Positions 1 through 6,506 of a stretch of 10,347 nucleotides of DNA are shown here, piece by piece. The DNA is from a virus (taxonomy: Duplodnaviria; Heunggongvirae; Uroviricota; Caudoviricetes). The first letter of the stretch is position 1; every line of letters starts with the position of its first letter. The translations under genes were made by a program, and so were the position numbers. A model generated the notes under the pieces. It was not told where the DNA came from, ran no database searches, and saw only the letters and a program-made list of their open reading frames with translations. The stretch is from the IMG/VR virus record IMGVR_UViG_2698536570_000008; one strand, written 5' to 3'.

Positions 1-171
1 TCACTGCACGCTTACATATAGGCTCCAGTCATCCTGTTTTCTCTCACCAAAAATATGCTTGCGGTATTCTTCCTGCTGGCGTCTCCATATTTCCATCATG
101 TCTGGCTGGTTCTTTTCTCGCATTTTTCGAATCTGCTCAAGGATGAACTCTATTTGCTGCTGATTTGTCAT
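1..171 (-). CDS. Hypothetical small protein (56 aa, MTNQQQIEFILEQIRKMREKNQPDMM...), nin-region-like position downstream of the replication genes
   Basis: ATG at 171..169 (minus) preceded by AAGGAG-like SD (complement of 174-179); stop TGA is complement of 1..3. Not in the ORF track because it is under 60 aa. No family recognised. Confidence 0.35.
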   Translation of the reverse strand: MTNQQQIEFILEQIRKMREKNQPDMMEIWRRQQEEYRKHIFGERKQDDWSLYVSVQ

Positions 172-181
172 GCTCACTCCT

Positions 182-397
182 TTACTTTAAATCCAGACTC
201 CGAATAATTCTGTTGCGCTGAAACTCATTGTTGAGTTTGGACAACCGTCGAAGAACACGGTCACGCGGATAGCGTCGTGCAGCAGGTGAATGCTCATACA
301 ACTCATCAATCGGCAAACTGGACGATGAACGATACCGATACCAACGCACCAACTCTTCACGAAAATTAGCCCTGACAAGCTCAGCTATCGTACTCAT
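182..397 (-). CDS. Hypothetical protein (71 aa), nin-region-like small ORF downstream of the helicase
   Basis: ORF track 182..397 (-); ATG at 397..395 preceded by GGAGG SD (complement of about 405-409); same strand as the replication operon. No family recognised. Confidence 0.5.
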   Translation of the reverse strand: MSTIAELVRANFREELVRWYRYRSSSSLPIDELYEHSPAARRYPRDRVLRRLSKLNNEFQRNRIIRSLDLK

Positions 398-425
398 TTC
401 TTAAAGCCTCCAATTCCCTCTCCCC

Positions 426-458
426 CAAATAAAAAGGCCTGCGATTACCAGCAGGCCT
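426..458 (-). terminator. Rho-independent terminator downstream of the helicase gene
   Basis: Inverted repeat aggcctgc (435-442) / gcaggcct (451-458) with 8-nt loop; on the minus strand the hairpin is followed by TTTTTATTT (complement of 426-434). Confidence 0.65.
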
Positions 459-486
459 GTTATTAGCTCAGTGATGTAGATGGTCA

Positions 487-1923
487 TCAGAATCCTCCTT
501 TCTTCTTGGACTGCGGTTCCTCGCGTTCACGGCGGCGCATTTCAGCAGACTGTTGGTCTGTGTCATAAATAGCGCCATTTGCCTGAATGCAATACACCGT
601 GCCGGTATTGCCATGACGATTGAGACGAAGGATTAGTTCGGTTTCACCAGGTGGAACACTGTCATCAAAAGCACCTTCCCGATGGATCCCAACCCAATAA
701 TCGCAATCCTGTTCAATCTGCCCTGTATCTCGTGAGTCACTTGGTAATGGGCGTTTATTGGTTCGGCTTTCCAGTGCGCGGTTAAGCTGTGTCAGAAGCA
801 CAACAACGCAATCAAGCTCTTTGGCAAGGTTCTTCAGTCCTTTGGTGATCATGCCGTAAGCAAGGTCGTTGCGATCGGCCTTCTCAGCGGTCATTAGTGT
901 CAGGTAATCGACCAGAATCATGCCAACACATCCTTTTTCTCGCTTGATTCGACGGCTTTCGCTAACGATTTGAGCCAGAGATAATCCCGGCGTGTCGTCG
1001 ATGTAAAGCAGGTCGATTTCACTCAAACGATTAGCTGTTTCGATCGCCCTGTTGAAGTCACCATCGTAATCACCCTGATAGCCGTCATCAGCGTCATTTG
1101 TCGCCGGAAGGTAAAAAATATTCGGGTTAACACCAGACTTCTGCCCTACCAGTTTTTCCAGTATCTGATCACCTGGCATTTCAAGGCTGAACATCAGAGC
1201 GGGCTTTTTCTCATGCACTGCGCAGTTGATTGCCATCTGGCTGTATAGCGTCGTTTTCCCCATCTTAGGGCGAGCGCCAATGACAAACAGAGAGCCTTTC
1301 ACCAGACCTTTCGGTGACAGCATCCTGTCCAGCGATGGGATCCCTGTGCTCATTCCTCGTTGTTCGCCTGACGGGTCAAATCGCTTCTCAAGGTCGCTAA
1401 CCCAGCCTTCCATGACCTCACCAAATGAACGAAGGCCGCGACGCGATCCGGTTTTTGCATGGTCTGTCAGTTGCGTGAAAATCGACTGAATAGCTTCGTA
1501 CTTCTGTGTTGCAGTCATTCCGTTGCGGGAATAGAGCAATTCCGTCGCTTCAGTCATGCGGTTGATGGCGTAGCGTTCCATTGCGGTTTCACGAACCTGC
1601 ATTGCATAGGCAACGATGTTTGCTGCGCTTGGCGTGTTCTTTGCGATCTCAGCGATATAAGCAAAACCGCCAACAGACGCCGTTAACGATTTACGCTCCA
1701 GTTCATCGAAAAGCGTCAGGCCATCTACTGGCTTTTGCTCCCGGTGCATTCTGGTTATTTCTTCGAAAAGGATTTTGTGTGGTCGGCAGTAAAATGAATC
1801 AGGCTTCAGCATCGCCAGAACTTTCTGGACGCGCTCACTGCTGTCATCATCCAGAAGTAATCCACCAATCACCGCCTGCTCTGCCTCGATGCTATGGGGC
1901 GGCGCATAAAAATTATCGGTCAT
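487..1923 (-). CDS. DnaB-family replicative DNA helicase (phage P22 gene 12-like)
   Basis: ORF track 487..1938 (-). Walker A motif GARPKMGKTT and an N-terminal HSIEAEQAVIGGLL motif typical of DnaB. Preferred start is the ATG at 1923 (MTDNFYAPP...) with GAGGG SD, 7 nt after the O-like stop; the GTG at 1938 is the alternative. Confidence 0.85.
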   Translation of the reverse strand: MTDNFYAPPHSIEAEQAVIGGLLLDDDSSERVQKVLAMLKPDSFYCRPHKILFEEITRMHREQKPVDGLTLFDELERKSLTASVGGFAYIAEIAKNTPSAANIVAYAMQVRETAMERYAINRMTEATELLYSRNGMTATQKYEAIQSIFTQLTDHAKTGSRRGLRSFGEVMEGWVSDLEKRFDPSGEQRGMSTGIPSLDRMLSPKGLVKGSLFVIGARPKMGKTTLYSQMAINCAVHEKKPALMFSLEMPGDQILEKLVGQKSGVNPNIFYLPATNDADDGYQGDYDGDFNRAIETANRLSEIDLLYIDDTPGLSLAQIVSESRRIKREKGCVGMILVDYLTLMTAEKADRNDLAYGMITKGLKNLAKELDCVVVLLTQLNRALESRTNKRPLPSDSRDTGQIEQDCDYWVGIHREGAFDDSVPPGETELILRLNRHGNTGTVYCIQANGAIYDTDQQSAEMRRREREEPQSKKKGGF

Positions 1924-2812
1924 CGTGTTCACCCTCACGAACTTTCAGGTAGGTATTATCGTTAAGCAGGAAATCAAATCCCTTTTTGTGCCAGACGGTT
2001 CCGCGCTGATGGTTTGGGCGCTCTTCGAACATCCATCGGCAATTTTCGCCTACGTAGCTCAAATAATTTCTCCAGTCCTGCATCGTGAACCCATGCCCGT
2101 CAAGCTGGCGGGTTATCACTCCGGCTTTGCGCCAGAACGTTCGGATCTGGTTTTTACGCTTGTCATTCAGTGCGCGGATTTTTGGCGCTTCAGGAAGGAT
2201 TTCGTGGTAAGCATCGACAACATCCTGACAGCTAACGGAAGGTTTTTTCTTGTCAGACTTTTTGTCTGCTGTGGCACTCTCTAATACGTCAGTATTAGAG
2301 ATAATATTATTATATTCTTTATCTGTGGTAATTTGCTGGTAATCTGCTGGTACAGTATTGCTTACAGGCATTGGTATTTCTGGCTTTGAGGTGGTAATTT
2401 GCTGGTAATCTGCTGGTACAAAATTTGACTGATAATCGTCATATTTCTCTACCGAGAAAACTGAGAATTTACCGTGTGAAACCCAGTCAATCATGCCGAG
2501 TTTTTTGAACTTTCTAAGCAGGTACTGAACGCGATCTGGTTTGAGTCCTGTTTCAAACGCCAGAGAGTTTCTACCGCCAAGTAGCTTCCCTCTGCCTACC
2601 AGAATTTCTCCTGCGTCAGTCATTACATACTCAGGCGTATGCTTTGCTTTGAGGATTAAGTGAACCCACAGATGCGCAGCTTCTGCGTCCTTGTAAAACG
2701 GCACATCCATAATTTTACGGTGCAGCAAGGCATACCCCTTACCGCTGCTTTGATGCGGTTGTTGTAGCCTTCTGGCCTCTCTGGCTTCGGCTAGATTAGA
2801 TATGTTACTCAT
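1913..2812 (-). CDS. O: Replication initiation protein, lambda O / P22 gene 18-like (replisome organiser)
   Basis: ORF track 1913..2812 (-), 299 aa; strong SD AAGGAGAAAGG before the ATG at 2812; sits between cII and the helicase as in lambdoid phages; contains the internal iteron array that encodes the duplicated peptide [10 protein letters not shown]. Confidence 0.75.
   Translation of the reverse strand: MSNISNLAEAREARRLQQPHQSSGKGYALLHRKIMDVPFYKDAEAAHLWVHLILKAKHTPEYVMTDAGEILVGRGKLLGGRNSLAFETGLKPDRVQYLLRKFKKLGMIDWVSHGKFSVFSVEKYDDYQSNFVPADYQQITTSKPEIPMPVSNTVPADYQQITTDKEYNNIISNTDVLESATADKKSDKKKPSVSCQDVVDAYHEILPEAPKIRALNDKRKNQIRTFWRKAGVITRQLDGHGFTMQDWRNYLSYVGENCRWMFEERPNHQRGTVWHKKGFDFLLNDNTYLKVREGEHDDR
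2322..2420. repeat. Putative replication origin: iteron array inside the O-like gene with an adjacent AT-rich stretch (2281-2320)
   Basis: Exact 30-bp direct repeat gtggtaatttgctggtaatctgctggtaca at 2325-2354 and 2391-2420, each made of about 11-bp subunits (ctgtggtaat / ttgctggtaat / ctgctggtaca); immediately followed in gene orientation by the AT-rich stretch ctaatacgtcagtattagagataatattattatattcttt. Confidence 0.6.
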
Positions 2813-2951
2813 GACCTTTCTCCTTCTGCATCAGCTTCACTTTTTCCAACTCAGCCCGGAATCGACCAGGCTGCTTGAAGCTGGACAGGAAGCGATCACG
2901 TAGTATGTGTTTGTGAATTTTGTCCTGGTAAGGACTGAGTTGTTTTGTCAT
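2805..2951 (-). CDS. Hypothetical small basic protein (48 aa, [21 protein letters not shown]...)
   Basis: Internal ATG (2951..2949) of ORF track 2805..3044 with AGGAG SD upstream (complement of about 2957-2961); overlaps the O-like start by 8 nt. The longer track ORF would overlap the cII 3' end, so the shorter start is preferred. Confidence 0.35.
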   Translation of the reverse strand: MTKQLSPYQDKIHKHILRDRFLSSFKQPGRFRAELEKVKLMQKEKGHE

Positions 2952-2985
2952 AATGACTCCTGTGGATTGATCCAGTCTTTCTACA

Positions 2986-3267
2986 TCAGGCCTCGAAGAA
3001 TTCGCCGTTCTTCGGGGCTTTTTCTTTTGTAAGGTAATTGGCAAGCCGATTAGTCAATTCAGCCATTTCATCGTCTTCGATTCCGTATTCCAGAACAGCC
3101 AGCATCATGCTTACCTGCGAGAAGAAACCATTCTTCCATCTGCTTACCTGATATTCAGGAACCCCCATTGCTCGAGCGAATGTCTTCTGCCCCATCAGTG
3201 CCAGTTTGTTCAGCAAGGCTGACTCGATGCGAGCCGCTTTCTTGCTTTTAGTTGCAATAGTACCCAT
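2986..3267 (-). CDS. cII: Transcriptional activator CII (lambda cII family)
   Basis: 93 aa; [11 protein letters not shown]...QVSRWK...[17 protein letters not shown] closely parallels lambda CII ([11 protein letters not shown]...QISRWK...MLLAVLEWGVVDDDMARL, from memory); AAGGAAA SD; position between cro and O. Confidence 0.85.
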   Translation of the reverse strand: MGTIATKSKKAARIESALLNKLALMGQKTFARAMGVPEYQVSRWKNGFFSQVSMMLAVLEYGIEDDEMAELTNRLANYLTKEKAPKNGEFFEA

Positions 3268-3275
3268 AGATAATT
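3242..3275 (+). promoter_or_regulatory. Candidate pRE (CII-activated promoter) reading antisense through cro toward cI
   Basis: TTGC-N6-TTGC (3242-3245 and 3252-3255, plus strand) lying inside the first codons of cII as in lambda pRE, with a -10-like GATAAT at 3270-3275. Confidence 0.4.
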
Positions 3276-3343
3276 TCCTTAATGATTAGATAGAGTTGGC
3301 TTCGCAAAGAAACGCAAAACCATAGAGATTTGTTTCTGGTAAT

Positions 3344-3375
3344 GCCCTTTTTCAGGGCGGGGATGTGTAAGAGCG
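3344..3375 (-). promoter_or_regulatory. nutR: nutR (N utilisation site: boxA + boxB) in the cro-cII interval
   Basis: On the minus strand: boxA CGCTCTTA (complement of 3368-3375) followed by boxB GCCCTGAAAAAGGGC (complement of 3344-3358), matching the lambda nutR boxB as I recall it. Confidence 0.8.
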
Positions 3376-3383
3376 GGAATGTC

Positions 3384-3599
3384 TTAAGCGGCTTTGTGTT
3401 CCGGCGGGAACAAGCCATCTAGCGTTGTCTTGCTCCCCAATTTATTCAGCGCCTTTACCAGGCGACGGCACGACTCTAAATCTGGAGTCCGGATACCTGA
3501 CTCGTAGTTAGCTAAGCGGGACTGGTTCCAGCCACACGCGCCTGCTAACGCAGATTGAGTGATGCCAAGCTTTTTCCGTTCGTTGGCAATGTTGTTCAT
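3384..3599 (-). CDS. cro: Cro-like HTH repressor (first gene of the pR operon)
   Basis: 71 aa; HTH signature LGITQSALAGACGWNQSRLANYESG; divergent from the cI-like gene across the operator region; AAGGAAA SD. Confidence 0.75.
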   Translation of the reverse strand: MNNIANERKKLGITQSALAGACGWNQSRLANYESGIRTPDLESCRRLVKALNKLGSKTTLDGLFPPEHKAA

Positions 3600-3632
3600 A
3601 GGTTTCCTTAAGAGCTAGTTCACTCAGTCTTT

Positions 3633-3698
3633 ATTAAACACATATTGTGATTGATAGTCAACACAAATCGTGTAAAGCCTTAAACCACGGAATGTGAT
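3633..3698. promoter_or_regulatory. OR operator cluster with divergent pR (minus) and pRM-like (plus) promoters
   Basis: Dyad-symmetric sites ACACATATTGTGAT (3638-3651), ACACAAATCGTGTA (3661-3674), CCACGGAATGTGAT (3685-3698). pR on minus strand: -35 TTGACT (complement of 3656-3661), 17-bp spacer, -10 TTTAAT (complement of 3633-3638). Possible pRM -10 TATAAA at 3698-3703. Confidence 0.6.
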
Positions 3699-3703
3699 AT
3701 AAA

Positions 3704-4345
3704 ATGCGCATGAACAGAACAGAAACTATCGCCGCGCGTATCAAGCGATTACGGGAAGATAAAGGGCTTTCACAGAAGGCTCTGGCGGAGCTTTGCGGCT
3801 GGGCTTCACAATCTCGGATCGGCAACTATGAATCAGGAACCAGAAGCGTTAGTGTTGATGACGCAGAGGTAATAGCTAAAGCTTTGGGCGTCGCTCCGGC
3901 AGAACTGCTTTTTGGCGACAACTATCAGGGACAATACAAGCCAGGGGAAAAGTTTCCGTTGATTAGCTGGGTTAGCGCAGGTGCATGGAATGAGGCCGTA
4001 GAGCCGTACAACCCTCAGGCAGTGGATGAGTGGTATGAATCAGATTGTCACGTTGTCGGTGACGCCTTCTGGCTCAGGGTTCAGGGCGACTCAATGACAG
4101 CTCCTACCGGCCTTAGCGTTCCTGAGGGTATGCTGGTTCTGTTCGACACTGGAAAGGAAGCCGTTAATGGAAGCCTGGTAGTTGCGAAGCTGACAGATGC
4201 TAATGAAGCCACGTTCAAGAAGCTAATCATTGATGGCGGTAACAAATACCTGAAAGGGCTTAACCCTGCCTATCCGTTGATCCCAATCGACGGCAACTGC
4301 AAGATAATCGGCGTAGCAGTGCAGATGATGATGAAATTCTCCTGA
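3704..4345 (+). CDS. cI: CI-type prophage repressor (N-terminal HTH + C-terminal LexA/S24-like autocleavage domain)
   Basis: 213 aa; HTH LSQKALAELCGWASQSRIGNYESG; C-terminal PLISWVSAG...VQGDSM...ATFKKL...NGNCKIIGV with the catalytic Ser/Lys context shared with P22 C2 and LexA; start could be ATG 3704 or 3710 (no SD, possibly leaderless). Confidence 0.9.
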   Translation: MRMNRTETIAARIKRLREDKGLSQKALAELCGWASQSRIGNYESGTRSVSVDDAEVIAKALGVAPAELLFGDNYQGQYKPGEKFPLISWVSAGAWNEAVEPYNPQAVDEWYESDCHVVGDAFWLRVQGDSMTAPTGLSVPEGMLVLFDTGKEAVNGSLVVAKLTDANEATFKKLIIDGGNKYLKGLNPAYPLIPIDGNCKIIGVAVQMMMKFS

Positions 4346-4368
4346 TATACCCGCCACTTAAAAACATC

Positions 4369-4392
4369 AAACCCGCTTCGGCGGGTTTTTTG
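4369..4392 (+). terminator. Rho-independent terminator after the repressor gene
   Basis: cccgc (4372-4376) / ttcg loop / gcggg (4381-4385) followed by TTTTTT. Confidence 0.7.
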
Positions 4393-4432
4393 TTGCCCAA
4401 AGAAAATTAAATTACCTTAAAAATCAATGAAA

Positions 4433-4495
4433 ACACGTGTTGTGATAAAAACAATCACATTTCGTGTTGACAGCACGAACACAATTTGTGATTAT
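4433..4495 (+). promoter_or_regulatory. OL operator cluster with pL promoter
   Basis: Sites ACACGTGTTGTGAT (4433-4446), ATCACATTTCGTGT (4454-4467, inverted) and ACACAATTTGTGAT (4479-4492), same consensus as OR. pL: -35 TTGACA (4467-4472), 17-bp spacer, -10 GATTAT (4490-4495). Confidence 0.65.
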
Positions 4496-4534
4496 CTAGC
4501 CATCAGCAGGACGCACTGACCACCATGAAGGTGA

Positions 4535-4565
4535 CGCTCTTAAAAATTAAGCCCTGAAGAAGGGC
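4535..4565 (+). promoter_or_regulatory. nutL: nutL (boxA + boxB)
   Basis: boxA CGCTCTTA at 4535-4542 and boxB GCCCTGAAGAAGGGC at 4551-4565, about 35-65 nt downstream of the predicted pL start; matches lambda nutL as I recall it. Confidence 0.85.
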
Positions 4566-4833
4566 AGCATTCAAAGCAGAAGGCTTTGGGGTGTGGTGAA
4601 GCCAGCTAGTCACTGGCAAGTGCTTACCTACTGTTGAGCGGTGAAGCGCTCCCAACGCTAGCAATAGCGTGGACGAGATGGGGAGCCGCGGGCGATAAGG
4701 CCGCCATAACGCGCATGTTGTCGCATGGAAAAATCGCTGGGGTGCCGGTTATACCCCTCCGAATGAGACTCAACAAGCTGGAGCTAGACTACCAGCCACC
4801 ACACCACCAAAGCTAACTGACAGGAGAATCCAG

Positions 4834-5166
4834 ATGGATGCACAAACACGCCGCCGCGAACGTCGCGCAGAGAAACAGGCTCAATGGAAAGCAGCAAATC
4901 CCCTGTTGGTTGGGGTAAGCGCAAAGCCAGTTAACCGCCCTATTCTCTCGCTGAATCGCAAACCGAAATCACGAGTAGAAAGCGCACTGAATCCGATAGA
5001 CCTTACGGTGCTGGCTGAATACCACGAACAGATTGAAAGCAACCTGCAACGTATTGAGCGCAAGAATCAGCGCACATGGTACAGCAAGCCACGCAGTGAA
5101 ATGGGTGTGACCTGCTCAGGCCGCCAGAAGCAACGCGGAAAATCAATTCCAGCTTATTACGATTGA
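4834..5166 (+). CDS. N: Antitermination protein N (lambda N-like)
   Basis: 110 aa beginning MDAQTRRRERRAEKQAQWKAANPLLVGVSAKPVNRPILSLNRKPKSRVESA (arginine-rich boxB-binding motif), near-identical to lambda N as recalled; AGGAG SD; downstream of pL/nutL. Confidence 0.9.
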   Translation: MDAQTRRRERRAEKQAQWKAANPLLVGVSAKPVNRPILSLNRKPKSRVESALNPIDLTVLAEYHEQIESNLQRIERKNQRTWYSKPRSEMGVTCSGRQKQRGKSIPAYYD

Positions 5167-5174
5167 GGTGAGCC

Positions 5175-5312
5175 ATGCTCAAGAAAGTCAAACGCCGACT
5201 TTACAAAGAAGGTAGATATTCATGCCAATTGCCAAAATGCGACACAACAAAATGGAGTGTCGATGATTGGTGTAACTGGATAGATAGATACGGAACTTGG
5301 TGGGATAAATAA
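5175..5312 (+). CDS. Hypothetical small Cys-containing protein (45 aa, MLKKVKRRLYKEGRYSCQLPKCDTTKWSVDDWCNWIDRYGTWWDK)
   Basis: ATG at 5175 with GAGGTGA SD 5 nt upstream, 8 nt after the N stop; stop TAA 5310-5312. Under 60 aa so absent from the ORF track. No family recognised. Confidence 0.3.
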   Translation: MLKKVKRRLYKEGRYSCQLPKCDTTKWSVDDWCNWIDRYGTWWDK

Positions 5313-5369
5313 CAGGTAACTTAAGCGTATTTACTTTCGCAGCAAACCACTTATTTGAGAGGAATTAAT

Positions 5370-5993
5370 ATGTCATCAATCCGCTTAACTACGAGAATGA
5401 AAGAGGAAATCGCTCGTAACGCTTTAATTAAGTCTGGGGTTTTCACTGAACTTGAAGAAGTAACAAAGTTAAATAACCAGCTTGCACTTGACGCCAGAGT
5501 TATTGCGTTTGGCGGTAAAAAGAAAACTGAGGAAGTGGATCAGTTATCATCCAAGTTGGTAGCTCTAGGTGAAGAACTTGAAAAGATGGGATGTTCATTT
5601 TACTTATACGATGTTCGTTCTACTTCAATTTATCTGACTGTATCTGGCAGAAGGGTTGGATGGTATTCATATGGGAAAGACGGCAACGGCGAAGATATAT
5701 TGCTCCCTACTCCGACCAAAGATAAATGCATGTTTAGCGCAGAACACGAAATAACAAAAAGGTTTGATGAAATCTGCGCATTGCAACAAAAACTTGAAGC
5801 CAAGAAAAAGGATATCGTATCAAATGTATGGGCTGCTTTGAACTCAGTCACAACAGTTAAGCGACTTATTGAAGTTTGGCCTGAAAGCAAAGAATTGCTA
5901 CCAAAAGAAGCAGATAAAGCAAGTACAGCACTTCCTGCTTTACGGGTAGAAGATTTGAATAAGATGATTGGACTTCCTTCCGAGGCCGCATAG
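5370..5993 (+). CDS. Hypothetical protein, 207 aa, first gene of a low-GC accessory island (unknown function)
   Basis: ORF track 5355..5993; preferred start ATG 5370 with GAGAGGA SD; codon region about 38% GC versus about 50%+ for flanking phage genes; not hydrophobic, no motif recognised. Confidence 0.7.
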   Translation: MSSIRLTTRMKEEIARNALIKSGVFTELEEVTKLNNQLALDARVIAFGGKKKTEEVDQLSSKLVALGEELEKMGCSFYLYDVRSTSIYLTVSGRRVGWYSYGKDGNGEDILLPTPTKDKCMFSAEHEITKRFDEICALQQKLEAKKKDIVSNVWAALNSVTTVKRLIEVWPESKELLPKEADKASTALPALRVEDLNKMIGLPSEAA

Positions 5994-6008
5994 TCGGCCT
6001 TTATTTTG
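5982..6008 (+). terminator. Possible intrinsic terminator or attenuator overlapping the stop codon of the 207-aa gene
   Basis: aggccg (5983-5988) / 6-nt loop / cggcct (5995-6000) followed by TTATTTT. Confidence 0.45.
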
Positions 6009-6030
6009 GGCATAAACAACAGAGGTGAAT

Positions 6031-6318
6031 ATGAAAGAGTTTAAGGGTACGCCTGGTAAATGGAAGTACACGGTTAGAAACGTCAACGAGATGATGACTA
6101 CGTTCCATGGTGTGACGATTGGTGACACATACATTGAAGCAGCAACAAGAAATGAAAGGGAGGATGCGCTACTGATAGCGGCAGCACCTGACCTTCTCGA
6201 AGCACTTCAGTTATTACTTAAGCAATCCAAAAATAGAACAACGACAACATATCCAGAATGGTATGAAGCTGTTAATAAAGGTCTTGCAGCAATCAGAAAA
6301 GCTCTTGGGGATAAGTAA
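6031..6318 (+). CDS. Hypothetical protein (95 aa, MKEFKGTPGKWKYTV...LIAAAPDLLEALQ...), low-GC island
   Basis: ORF track 6025..6318; ATG 6031 with AGAGG SD; stop TAA 6316-6318 overlaps the next start (TAATG). Confidence 0.6.
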   Translation: MKEFKGTPGKWKYTVRNVNEMMTTFHGVTIGDTYIEAATRNEREDALLIAAAPDLLEALQLLLKQSKNRTTTTYPEWYEAVNKGLAAIRKALGDK

Positions 6319-6506
6319 TGAAAGTAAAAATAACTGCTTCTAATACCAGTTTTGTTAGTGTTGGTGATATTACAGAAGTAATAACAAACCATGATGGAAC
6401 ACAAGTTATGTGGTCTGATTTTTGTAAAAGATATGAGCGAGTCACTTGGTGTAAACTCGTATGGGGCGTCGAATACGAAGAATTACCTGAAATGCATGAC
6501 GAATAA
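6318..6506 (+). CDS. Hypothetical protein (62 aa), translationally coupled to the upstream gene, low-GC island
   Basis: ORF track 6318..6506; ATG overlaps the upstream stop by 1 nt; low GC. Confidence 0.55.
   Translation: MKVKITASNTSFVSVGDITEVITNHDGTQVMWSDFCKRYERVTWCKLVWGVEYEELPEMHDE

Noticed and set aside
182-378. Second minus-strand frame 187..378 overlapping the 182..397 ORF
   Set aside because: Cys/hydrophobic-rich shadow frame of the same region with no SD; 182..397 has a GGAGG SD.
1226-2284. Plus-strand ORFs 1226..1489, 1459..1686, 1581..1952 and 1925..2284
   Set aside because: Entirely antisense to the helicase and O-like genes, which have clear family signatures; no SDs.
4346-4432. 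rex-like exclusion genes between the repressor gene and OL
   Set aside because: Looked for because lambda carries rexAB here; the interval is only about 90 bp and contains just the terminator, so there is no such cassette at this position.
4634-4816. 60-aa plus-strand ORF between nutL and N
   Set aside because: Lies in the GC-rich N leader, has no SD, and the homologous lambda interval is untranslated leader; most likely a chance ORF.
5630-6404. Minus-strand ORFs 5630..6019, 5940..6134 and 6207..6404 inside the low-GC island
   Set aside because: Antisense to better-supported plus-strand genes with SDs, low-complexity Ser/Leu-rich translations, no start signals; typical shadow ORFs in AT-rich DNA.
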